DNA of 64,000 nucleotides, taken from Acidobacteriota bacterium (GTDB taxonomy: Bacteria > Acidobacteriota > UBA6911 > RPQK01 > JAJDTT01). Both the position numbers and the translations under genes were made by a program. The stretch lies in the NCBI GenBank assembly GCA_965263035.1, contig OZ253580.1:1856001-1920000 (forward strand), written 5' to 3'. Shown in pieces: positions 1 through 8,499 of this stretch; within the stretch, counting starts at the first letter, position 1; each line of letters opens with the position of its first letter. The notes beneath the pieces are model-generated. The model did no database searches. It was given only the letters and a program-made list of their open reading frames with translations, and was not told where the DNA came from.

Positions 1-711
1 GGTATCCTGTTTCGGGGCGCCCCCTGGCTGACCCTGCGCAGCTCGGCCTACCGTGGATTTCGGGCCCCGACGCTGAACGAGCTCTATCGCCCCTTCCGGG
101 TGGGCAACGTCATCACCGCCGAGAACCCCGATCTGGGCGAGGAACACTTGTGGGGAGGAGAGTTGGGAGCCGACCTCCATCCGTCCAGCAACGTGCTGTT
201 CCGGATCAACGGTTTCTGGAACTCGCTTCGGGATCCGGTGGGAAACGCCACCGTCTCCGTCGGTCCCCAGTTCATCCAACGCCAGCGGCGGAATCTGGGA
301 CAGGTCTGGGTCCGGGGCCTGGAGTTGGAGACGGGCCTGCAGGGCGACATCCCGTGGAGCCTGAGGATGGGCTACCTCTACTCCCAGACCGAAGTGGGTG
401 AGACCGGCCTGTGGCTGCCCCAGGTCCCCCGCCATCAGTTCACGGCGGAGATCCGTTACGACGGGCCGTTCAACGCGTCTCTTCAGGGAAGATGGGGCGG
501 GGATCAGTTCGAGGACGATCGCAACACCATGATCCTGGAGCGCTTCTTTCTCCTGGGCGCCAGCGTCCGAAAACCGTTGGGCGAATCGCTGGAGATCTTT
601 CTGGCGATCGAGAATCTCCTGGACCAGGACTACGTGGTTCGGCTGACGCCGTTGCCCTCACTGGGCACCCCCCGCCTGATCTATGCCGGCATTCAACTCC
701 GGCTGAGGTAG
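1..711 (+). CDS. TonB-dependent receptor, C-terminal part (5' truncated by window)
   Basis: Frame open from base 1: GFRAPTLNELY motif, ENLLDQDY...GTPRLIYAGIQLRL C-terminal beta-strand typical of TonB receptors. Confidence 0.85.
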   Translation, partial: GILFRGAPWLTLRSSAYRGFRAPTLNELYRPFRVGNVITAENPDLGEEHLWGGELGADLHPSSNVLFRINGFWNSLRDPVGNATVSVGPQFIQRQRRNLGQVWVRGLELETGLQGDIPWSLRMGYLYSQTEVGETGLWLPQVPRHQFTAEIRYDGPFNASLQGRWGGDQFEDDRNTMILERFFLLGASVRKPLGESLEIFLAIENLLDQDYVVRLTPLPSLGTPRLIYAGIQLRLR

Positions 712-746
712 CGGATCGCCCCTGATCCGGTAAGGTGCACCAGGAA

Positions 747-896
747 GGGCGACTTTCTTGTCGCCCGCTGGGAGAGGAGATTTTCTTGTCGCCGACTCTT
801 CACGGAGGGTTGTTGCTGTGCGATTCGGCGGCCGGAAAGTGTAGAGTGGGGACTCCGTCCCCCCTACCCCCCTAATCGGCGGCAAGAAAACCGCCG
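747..896. repeat. REP-like palindromic units (GGCGAC-N6-GTCGCC-GCTCC family), left part of the array split by IS110
   Basis: gggcgactttcttgtcgccc 747-766; tgggagaggagattttcttgtcgccga 769-795; opposite-orientation tcggcggcaagaaaaccgccg 876-896. Confidence 0.75.
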
Positions 897-904
897 CTTG
901 TCTG

Positions 905-1078
905 TTTAAATGGGGCCGTCCGGGTCGCTCATGAGCGACCCGGACGGCGGTGGCTGGACCGTACCGCCGCGGACTGTTACGAACCGTATGGGAGTGAGGT
1001 CGGCCACCGTCTTTCCCGATGTCCTGAATGGATACGAGGGCATCAAGGCCCGAATGACAAGCACAGGAGACAGGAAAG
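905..1078 (+). ncRNA. IS110 bridge RNA (predicted; ends approximate)
   Basis: 5' 34-bp palindrome 915-948; target guides accgccgc 963-970 and atgggag 988-994; donor guides atggatac 1028-1035 and gacaag 1056-1061, each matching a junction. Confidence 0.85.
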
Positions 1079-2026
1079 ATGAAACAGCATACCGTAGGCA
1101 TCGACATCTCGAAAGCGCACCTGGACGCGCACCGGCTGGCCGACGGCCATTCCGCCCAGTTCGACAATGACCCGGCCGGCTTCCGGGCGCTGATTGATTG
1201 GATCGGAACTCCGGTCGAGTGCATCGCGTACGAGGCCACCGGTCCCTACCACCGGGACCTCGAGGAAGCGCTGTCCAAAGCGAAGCTGCCGCTGGCGAAG
1301 GTGAACCCCTGGCAGGCGCGGCGCTTCGCCGAGGCGACCGGGAGCCGCGCCAAGACCGACGCCGTAGACGCTCGGAAACTGGCCCAGCTGGCCGCCACGC
1401 TGGAGCCGCGCCGGACCCAGGTGCCGTCCAAAACGCAACGCCGGCTCCAGGATCTGCAGACGTCCCGGGACGCGCTGATGCGCCAGCGCACGGCCGCGCT
1501 CAACCGCCGCCGACAGCTCCGCGAACCCCTGCTCAAACAGCAGAACCAGATCCAGATCAACATGTTCGAGCGCCACCTGCGCGCCATCGACCGCAAATTG
1601 CAGACGCTGATTGCGGCCGACGAGGCGCGGGCCCGCAAGTTGGAGATCCTCACCTCCATCCCGGGGATCGCGGCCACCACCGCCGCCGGTCTGCTGGCCG
1701 AGATGCCCGAGCTGGGCGCCCTCAGCGGCAAGGCCGCCGCCAGTCTGGCCGGGCTGGCCGCCGTTCCGCGCGAGTCGGGGGCTTGGCAGGGCCGGGCCTT
1801 CATCCGGGGCGGACGGGCGCGGGCGCGACGGCTCCTGTACATGCCGGCGGTGGCCGCCCTGCGCTGGAACCCCGACTTGGCCGAGGTGTACCGGAGGCTG
1901 AGCGAGCGCGGCAAGCCCGGCAAGGTGGCCCTCGTCGCCGTCATGCGCAAGCTTATCGTCCTGGCCAACACCCTCGTCCGGCAGGACCGCACCTGGTTGC
2001 CCGTAGCGCCCCGAGCGACCTTCTGA
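1079..2026 (+). CDS. IS110-family DEDD recombinase/transposase
   Basis: VGIDISK, YEATG, KTDAVD (DEDD); SIPGI and RESG (catalytic Ser) motifs; 315 aa. Confidence 0.95.
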   Translation: MKQHTVGIDISKAHLDAHRLADGHSAQFDNDPAGFRALIDWIGTPVECIAYEATGPYHRDLEEALSKAKLPLAKVNPWQARRFAEATGSRAKTDAVDARKLAQLAATLEPRRTQVPSKTQRRLQDLQTSRDALMRQRTAALNRRRQLREPLLKQQNQIQINMFERHLRAIDRKLQTLIAADEARARKLEILTSIPGIAATTAAGLLAEMPELGALSGKAAASLAGLAAVPRESGAWQGRAFIRGGRARARRLLYMPAVAALRWNPDLAEVYRRLSERGKPGKVALVAVMRKLIVLANTLVRQDRTWLPVAPRATF

Positions 2027-2450
2027 GGCCACGGAGAGACCCCGTGAGGAAAGGGAGCGTGTGGACCCCCTGATGGCCGTCTGTCGAACTTCCGGTCAAG
2101 TCTGGCCGGAAGCTTGCTTACGGCCATGAAAGCTCTTCACGCCCTGGGGAGCGCCGGGTCACCCGAAGGGCCGCAGCGAAGCGGAGGAGCCGGAGGCTTG
2201 ACCCGACGCTCCCCAGGGCGTATCCGGACCTCCCGGAGGACTGACGTCGACGATCTCAGGTCCCTCGATCCAGTTATCGGTCCACTCATCGCCCCCTGCA
2301 CGGCGCCCGCTGGATCCAGCTCGATCTCCGCCTCACCTCCGGCGGAAGAACGCTCCTCCTAACCCTGTGCCCTTTGGACCGGACAGATCACGTACTAACG
2401 ACACGGGATGGAAACACCGATTAGCACCCACCACTTGCAACATGGATACT

Positions 2451-2504
2451 CCCATTCGGCGACAAGAAAGTCGCCGCTCCAGTCGCCGCTCCAGTCGCCG
2501 CTCC
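2451..2504. repeat. REP unit plus tandem 12-bp repeat (gtcgccgctcca x~3), right part of the split array
   Basis: tcggcgacaagaaagtcgccgctcca gtcgccgctcca gtcgccgctcc. Confidence 0.75.
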
Positions 2505-3922
2505 TACCCGTTCAGGTGGACGACCACCATCTTGGACTCGGTCATCTCTTCGACCGCGTAACGGGGGCCTTCCTTGCCCATGCCGCTATCCTTGAGGCCT
2601 CCGTAGGGCATGAGGTCGGCCCTCCATTGGGGGCCCCAGTTGATGTGCAGGTTGCCGCTGTCCACTTCCTGGGCGAATCGCATGGCCCGATCGATGTCCT
2701 GAGTGAAGATAGCCGCCGAGAGGCCGTAGCGAGTGTCGTTGGCCATGGCTATGGCCTGATCGATGTCGTCGAAGCGACTCACGGCCACGGCGGGACCGAA
2801 GAGCTCGTCGCAACTGATCCGCATGGCCGGGTCCACGTCGGCCAGGATGGCCGGTTCCACCAGGGCCCCGTTGCGGGCTCCTCCGGTGAGCAGCCGGGCT
2901 CCGCCGTTCGCCGCTTCCTGAATCCAGTTGGACACGCGGATGGCGTCCGATTCCCGAACCAACGGCCCCATGGTGATCCCTTCCTGGAGCTGATCTCCGA
3001 TGCGAATCCCCTCGACGCCGGTCTTGAGGCGGTCCAGGAACTCGTCGTAGATCCGGTCCGCGGCCAGCACCCGCTGCGCCGAGATGCAGACCTGTCCCGC
3101 GTTGGCGAATCCGGTGGCCACCGTGGCCGCGGCCACCTTGTCCAGATCGGCGTCGTCCATCACCAACAGCGGGGCGTTGGACCCCAGTTCCATGGTGACC
3201 TTTTTCATTCCGGCCACCCTGCAGATATGATCTCCCACTTCGTAGCTGCCGGTGAAGCTGATCTTGCGGACTCGAGGGTCGCCCGAGAGAAAGTCGCCCA
3301 CCTCGCTGCCGGGACCCGTCAGGCAGGCCAGGGCCTGGGGCGGCGTCCCCGCCTCCAGCAGAATCTCCACCAGCTTGAGCGCCGACAGGGGAGTGTCGGT
3401 GGCCGGTTTGACCACTACGGAGTTTCCGGCGGCCAGTGCGGGTCCCACCTTGTGGCAGACCAGATGCAACGGAAAGTTGAACGGGGTGATGGCCACCACC
3501 ACACCGCAGGGAACCCGCAGGGTGAACCCCAGGCGTCCGGCGCAGCCGGGCGCCGCGTCCAGCGGAAGGACCTCACCGGTGATCCTCTTGGCCTCTTCTC
3601 CCGAGAGCCGGATGATCTCGGCGGCTCGTACCGCTTCGATCCGGGCTTCCGCCAGGATCTTCCCCTCTTCGGAACTGATGGTCCGGGCCAGATCCTCCGC
3701 CCGCTCCTCCATGATGTCCGCCGCCTTGGTCAGGATTCGCGACCGGTCGTACGCCGGCAGGTTCCGCATCACGCGGGCCCCCTCGACGGCGCCGGCCAAG
3801 GCTGCATCCACGTCGGCGGGCCGGGCCTTGGGAACGGTGTCCACCACCGAGTCGTCGTAAGGATTCCTGACTTCGATCAGTTGGGGCGTCTCGGTCCACT
3901 CACCTTGTACGAACATTCTCAT
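2504..3922 (-). CDS. Aldehyde dehydrogenase family protein
   Basis: ITPFNFP, FTGS, MELGSN, GQVCIS, ELFGP, YGGLKDSGMGKEG motifs. Confidence 0.95.
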   Translation of the reverse strand: MRMFVQGEWTETPQLIEVRNPYDDSVVDTVPKARPADVDAALAGAVEGARVMRNLPAYDRSRILTKAADIMEERAEDLARTISSEEGKILAEARIEAVRAAEIIRLSGEEAKRITGEVLPLDAAPGCAGRLGFTLRVPCGVVVAITPFNFPLHLVCHKVGPALAAGNSVVVKPATDTPLSALKLVEILLEAGTPPQALACLTGPGSEVGDFLSGDPRVRKISFTGSYEVGDHICRVAGMKKVTMELGSNAPLLVMDDADLDKVAAATVATGFANAGQVCISAQRVLAADRIYDEFLDRLKTGVEGIRIGDQLQEGITMGPLVRESDAIRVSNWIQEAANGGARLLTGGARNGALVEPAILADVDPAMRISCDELFGPAVAVSRFDDIDQAIAMANDTRYGLSAAIFTQDIDRAMRFAQEVDSGNLHINWGPQWRADLMPYGGLKDSGMGKEGPRYAVEEMTESKMVVVHLNG

Positions 3923-4011
3923 GGCTTTTTCTCCTTACCGTTCCGGTTCAAAAACTCGGCGCCAGATCACCCGGCTGGTGCATGGCGGGACGTTCACCGT
4001 TGGCGGTCACA

Positions 4012-5478
4012 CTATCGAAAGCGGAGGGAGTAGAGATCCGCGTCCCGCATCACGATTTTCAGCCGAACCGGCTCGCCGGCGATCCGGTTCAAGGTATCCC
4101 GAGTCGCCTTCGGGTGACTCCGATCCCACTTGACCGTGTGCTCGACCTCGTCTCCAAAGATCAGTGGCGAGTCTTCCAGCGAGAAACCGGGAACCGGGTT
4201 GCCATGGAGGTCCTGGACCTCGATCCGGATGCTTCCTGCGGCCGAGGTGGAAAAGTTCAAGACCAGATCGTTGCCCTCGAAGATCAACGGTTTGGTCACC
4301 ATCTCTCCGCCCTTGTAGCCGGCGTGGAGAGAGGCGAACCCATCCATGCGTACGGTCATGCGCTCCAGATGGGCACTGGGTGACGTGTAGTTCCGCGCCA
4401 CGTAAAGGGAGATTTCGTCGTCGCCCGTGGGGACGACGCCGGAGGACACCATGTTGGTCCGATGCACCCAATTCTTGGGGTCCCGGCCCGGCCGAATGAA
4501 GGCCTGTCCGAACCGCCGGTCCCAGTGCACCCCGTCACGGCTGGTCATGAACACGCCGTCGGAGACCCCGGCCCCCGCCGCGTTGTCGTGGTACGTCCTC
4601 CACGGAACGAAGCGCTTGGGAAAGGCCAGATAGATCTGGGGAGCCCGGAAGTAGGGTTGGGTGGCGTTGGTGTAAAAGTGCTCCCTCGGTGCCCCTCCGT
4701 AGTCGGCCCACTCCCCCTTCGTCCAGTGAATGAAATCCTTGGAGGTGGCGCATTTGACGGTGCGGACCCCGTCCGTGAAATCCCGGTAAATAGCCACGTA
4801 AAGTTCCCGAACCGGATCCCAGAAGGGCACGTTCAACGAATCGAAGGCGCCGTCGCTGATGACCGGCTCTTCCTGGATCTTGGTCCAATGGATGCCGTCG
4901 GGCGAAGCCAGTGCCAGCAGCGGTCCGCCCGCCAGCGCCTTGTAACGCTGGGACGGATCGGCTTCCGAGTTGCCGTCCTTGAAGGGAGCGAAGTTGTGCC
5001 CGCCCTTTCCGGTCCAGACGATGTTGTTGTCCTTGGAGCCTTCGAACTCGATCAGGCCCAGAGAAGGTCGAGTCCAGTGGATGCCGTCCTTGCTCTCGAC
5101 GTAGCAGGAGACCTCCTCGTGCTCCGGGATCACCGTCTCGCCGGGAGCCACAAACTGGGGGAAGGTATAGCCGGCGTGACTGCTGCCGCGATAGTACATG
5201 CGGTAGAGGTCGCCGTCCTTGAAGACGGTGTGGTAGAGCGAAGTCGTCCCCTCCCACGGTTTGTCGAACTTGAGCACGGTCCCTGCCGGCCGGGGCTCCT
5301 GAAGCTGGAGCCGCACTCCCTTCATGGAATCGATGAGGTATTCGTCGACGAAGAGTTCCAAGCTGGAGCCGATGTCCAGCGGCTTCACTTTCTGACCGTG
5401 GCTGGAAGCCTGGGGTTCAACCGAAACCAGCGCCAGCAGGACCAACAAGCCCATGGATTGCGGATATCGCCTATTCAT
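4012..5478 (-). CDS. Secreted beta-propeller glycoside-hydrolase-like protein (GH32/GH43-like fold, uncharacterised)
   Basis: Signal peptide; LFVD, YRMYY, SKDGIHWTRP Asp-box-like repeats, RMDGFAS, DLYSLRF C-terminus; start taken after GGAGG. Confidence 0.7.
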   Translation of the reverse strand: MNRRYPQSMGLLVLLALVSVEPQASSHGQKVKPLDIGSSLELFVDEYLIDSMKGVRLQLQEPRPAGTVLKFDKPWEGTTSLYHTVFKDGDLYRMYYRGSSHAGYTFPQFVAPGETVIPEHEEVSCYVESKDGIHWTRPSLGLIEFEGSKDNNIVWTGKGGHNFAPFKDGNSEADPSQRYKALAGGPLLALASPDGIHWTKIQEEPVISDGAFDSLNVPFWDPVRELYVAIYRDFTDGVRTVKCATSKDFIHWTKGEWADYGGAPREHFYTNATQPYFRAPQIYLAFPKRFVPWRTYHDNAAGAGVSDGVFMTSRDGVHWDRRFGQAFIRPGRDPKNWVHRTNMVSSGVVPTGDDEISLYVARNYTSPSAHLERMTVRMDGFASLHAGYKGGEMVTKPLIFEGNDLVLNFSTSAAGSIRIEVQDLHGNPVPGFSLEDSPLIFGDEVEHTVKWDRSHPKATRDTLNRIAGEPVRLKIVMRDADLYSLRFR

Positions 5479-5610
5479 CTCGTCCTCCCGTACGTTCCTG
5501 TCTCGGATGCCGGCCCGAAGCATACGCCGTAGGTGGGAGCGAAGAAAGAGGAACGAGGAAAGAGAGACGAGGAGCCCGTGAGACCGCCGAGCGCCTCTTG
5601 CGGCGGGTTT

Positions 5611-6045
5611 CTAACCGCCCGGACCGTCCGCGCTGAAGTAGGCTTCCAGGGAATTCAGCTGATCCGCCAACTCCTCGATGTGATGCTGAAGCAGATTGCG
5701 AACCGACAACAGCCCGGTGACACGATTCTCCGAGTCCACCACCGGCAGGTGCCGGATGTGGCGGGAGACCATGAGCTCCAGGGCCTCTCCCGCTTCCGCC
5801 TCCTCCCCGATCGTCTGGACGGCCGTCGTCATAACCTCGCGAACGGTGGTGGCTTCAGAATCCAACCGGGGCACGACGACTCTCAGCATCACGTCCCGTT
5901 CGGAGAAGATTCCGACCAACTCATCCCCCTCCAGGACGACGGCGGCGCCGATTCTGGCGTTTCGCATGGACATGGCGGCCGAGAGCACCGTCGAGTCGAC
6001 TGCCACACTGGGAGGCGGAACTTGCGCCAATTTGATCACCTTCAT
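5611..6045 (-). CDS. CBS domain protein
   Basis: LVGIFSERD, VREVMT, IRHLPVVD, GLLSVRNL tandem CBS motifs. Confidence 0.9.
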   Translation of the reverse strand: MKVIKLAQVPPPSVAVDSTVLSAAMSMRNARIGAAVVLEGDELVGIFSERDVMLRVVVPRLDSEATTVREVMTTAVQTIGEEAEAGEALELMVSRHIRHLPVVDSENRVTGLLSVRNLLQHHIEELADQLNSLEAYFSADGPGG

Positions 6046-6162
6046 TCCAACACCTCTCCAATCCGCAATAATTCAAGGCAGGAATGGGCCGAGTATAACA
6101 CAGCGTCTGCCGGAAGAGCCCCGGAATCCACTGTCGAAGACAAGCCGGGAGAGGTCGGACGA

Positions 6163-6864
6163 TCACATGACGACCGGCCCGGAGACCTCTTCATCTTCTT
6201 CGATCTCCAGGACTTCGGCCGCCCGGATCCAGCGCTTGCGCCGCTGGAAATAGACGCCGGCCGCGATGACGCCCAGAATCAGTCCGATGGCGTGGGTCCG
6301 ATAGCTGACCTGAGGTTGAACGGCAGCAGGCAGGAGGAGGATCAGAGCCACACCCAGGCTTCGCATCACCCGTTTCTTCAGGGGGAGGCTCCGCTCCACC
6401 AGGATGTAGACGGTCAACCAGAATCCGGCCATCACGTGGGTCATGCCCGAAGCTCCCACCAGGTGAACCTCGGGGGAATAGGTCAGAAGGGAGAGGTAAT
6501 TGGTGACGCCGCTCAGAACGATGACGCCCAGGGGATAGACTCCGAAGCCGAAGTAACCGTAGAGGAGGTAGCCGAAGAAGATCACGAAGGGAAGATTGGA
6601 GCACAGATGCATCCAATTGGAATGGACGGCCAGAGCGGAGAATAGCCGCCAATATTCCTGCTGGTCCATGACCCTTGCCGGCACGGCCGCCAAGAGTCGA
6701 GAGAGCTCAGGAGAGTCCCTCCATACGAGGATGGAGACGAACAGGATGACCATCGCGCTGGTGGCCGCGACCAAGCCGCTGTTTTCCGCCGGCTTCCGCG
6801 AGAGGAGGGTCCGCTTGACCACGATCCGTGGCTGTGTCCAGTTGAATTCCGTTGACATGGGCAA
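6163..6864 (-). CDS. Rhomboid-family intramembrane serine protease
   Basis: YWRL, HxxxxHxxxN, GASG, HAIG; multiple TM helices. Confidence 0.9.
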   Translation of the reverse strand: MPMSTEFNWTQPRIVVKRTLLSRKPAENSGLVAATSAMVILFVSILVWRDSPELSRLLAAVPARVMDQQEYWRLFSALAVHSNWMHLCSNLPFVIFFGYLLYGYFGFGVYPLGVIVLSGVTNYLSLLTYSPEVHLVGASGMTHVMAGFWLTVYILVERSLPLKKRVMRSLGVALILLLPAAVQPQVSYRTHAIGLILGVIAAGVYFQRRKRWIRAAEVLEIEEDEEVSGPVVM

Positions 6865-7023
6865 TGTACCGGCGGTTTTCCATCATAGGAGCGGGGACCC
6901 TCGGGTTCAACGAGAGGGAGGCGTGGAATCCTCGGTTGGGCCCGTTCGGGTACGTTTCCGGGGTCTGTGCCGTGCTAACATCGACGCAGCCGGCTTGGTC
7001 TTTGCGTCCGTGAGACGTCACTC

Positions 7024-7434
7024 ATGAGTTGTTTGCGAAGTCCCGTCCCCTCCGACATCAAGGTGCTGAGAAAGCTCTGGCCGCGGCTGTCCGATGCGGC
7101 TCTGGAAGCGCAAATCCGTGGGCCCCGGCTCCGAATCATTGAAGCCGGAGGGAAGCCGGTGGGTTTTCTCAAGTTCCACGTGATCTGGGAATCGCTCCCC
7201 TTCATCGAGCTCATCGTGATCCTGGAATCGGAACGGGGTCTCGGCTACGGCACCCGGGCGGTGAGGGAGTGGGAGCGGCAGATGGCGGAACGCGGCTTCG
7301 ACCTGGTGGTCATGTCCACTCAGGCCTCCGCCACGGCCCAGCACTTCTGGCGCAAGCTCGGCTACCGGGATTGCGGCGCGCTCACGATACGGGACCAGCC
7401 CGCCGAGATCTTCATGCAGCGTCGCCTCTCGTAG
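7024..7434 (+). CDS. GNAT N-acetyltransferase
   Basis: RGLGYG acetyl-CoA motif, AQHFWRKLGY. Confidence 0.9.
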   Translation: MSCLRSPVPSDIKVLRKLWPRLSDAALEAQIRGPRLRIIEAGGKPVGFLKFHVIWESLPFIELIVILESERGLGYGTRAVREWERQMAERGFDLVVMSTQASATAQHFWRKLGYRDCGALTIRDQPAEIFMQRRLS

Positions 7435-7544
7435 GGACACCCCTTGTGTGCGGTCGCCCATCCTTCCGTCAGCCGTATTTCGAAGCCGGTCGAATGTCGT
7501 GGCGACTTTCGAGACGGACTGCTAAAGTCGGAAAACTCAAGCAC

Positions 7545-7618
7545 GCGCCCGTAGCTCAGATGGACAGAGCAACGGACTTCTAATCCGTGGGTCGGGGGTT
7601 CGAATCCCTCCGGGCGCG
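7545..7618 (+). tRNA. tRNA-Arg(TCT), CCA not encoded
   Basis: GCGCCCG...CGGGCGC acceptor stem, TAGCTCAG, anticodon arm ACGGA-CTTCTAA-TCCGT, GGTTCGAATCC. Confidence 0.97.
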
Positions 7619-8499
7619 CTACCGGTCTACGACGAGATTGCCCGTCTTTCAGGCGAGCGTCTGATCATGACCGATCCATTCGAACCAAAGGCGTGCTCCG
7701 AAATCGATGCGAAACCGGACTTGGTCGGCTGGCCGGTTCAAGCTCCCTCGGATCTCGGTCCGACCTCCGAGCGCGGCATTGCGCTACGAGAATTCCCGCC
7801 GAAGGCCACACATCGGCGCCAACGTATTCACGAGCGGTTCCGGACTTGGCCGTTTGAGCGCGACGCCGAGAACTCCTTCACCCGGGCAACCGCACGAATG
7901 GCTCGAACACTTTGACCCGGGGACGAGCAAATCCTCAACCGCGACGCCGTCGCGCCGCAGGACTTCGAGGTGGGAAGCGCCTCGCCGACGTTCCGATTGC
8001 CTCCGGACGCGACCGTTCGTTCTACGAACTTGGCCTGATGCAGTGTAAGAACGACATGGGCGAACTCGGCGCGTTCGTTCCGGACGCCACGACGACCGAC
8101 CATCAGGAGGCGGAGCGTCACCCGATCCGAATACACTTGCCTTGAATCTTCCTGGTACGTCATGAATTGGTTTCCGCGTTGGCTCGGTCAACGACGCGGC
8201 GTGGCTTTCGATGGCGTCGGCGTGTGACTGCTCGTACGCATTGGCGTGGAGGAGCGGTTGCAAAAAACGTGCCGGACGTACGTAACAGCAGTCAACGATC
8301 CGGCCACCTCCATCGTGCATTCGACCCAAGTTCAGAGCAAGGAGTTATTGGAGCAGTGCCAAGAGCGATTCGAACTTAAGCAGGGTGGCGGTACGTGTGG
8401 ACAGTCGCCATGGAACTGCGCCCGCATACCTCCACGTGACCATGCGCCAGCCCGCCAGACCTCGTGAAGAAACCAGCGCCAGATTCTTGAAGACTTGAT

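Larger units (their letters stand above)
897..2450 (+). mobile_element. IS110-family insertion sequence with CT core at both junctions
   Basis: CT at 897-898 and 2449-2450; removal restores the REP aagaaaaccgccg-CT-cccattcggcgacaag; no TIRs; encodes an IS110 recombinase. Confidence 0.9.

Noticed and set aside
796-800. Alternative IS110 left boundary at ..gtcgccga-CT (~796)
   Set aside because: All bridge-RNA guides match the 897-898 CT junction instead
2408-4033. Long antisense ORFs (e.g. 2408-4033, 19964-21571, 37050-38711, 55830-57428)
   Set aside because: Shadow frames of well-supported genes in GC-rich DNA; no recognisable motifs
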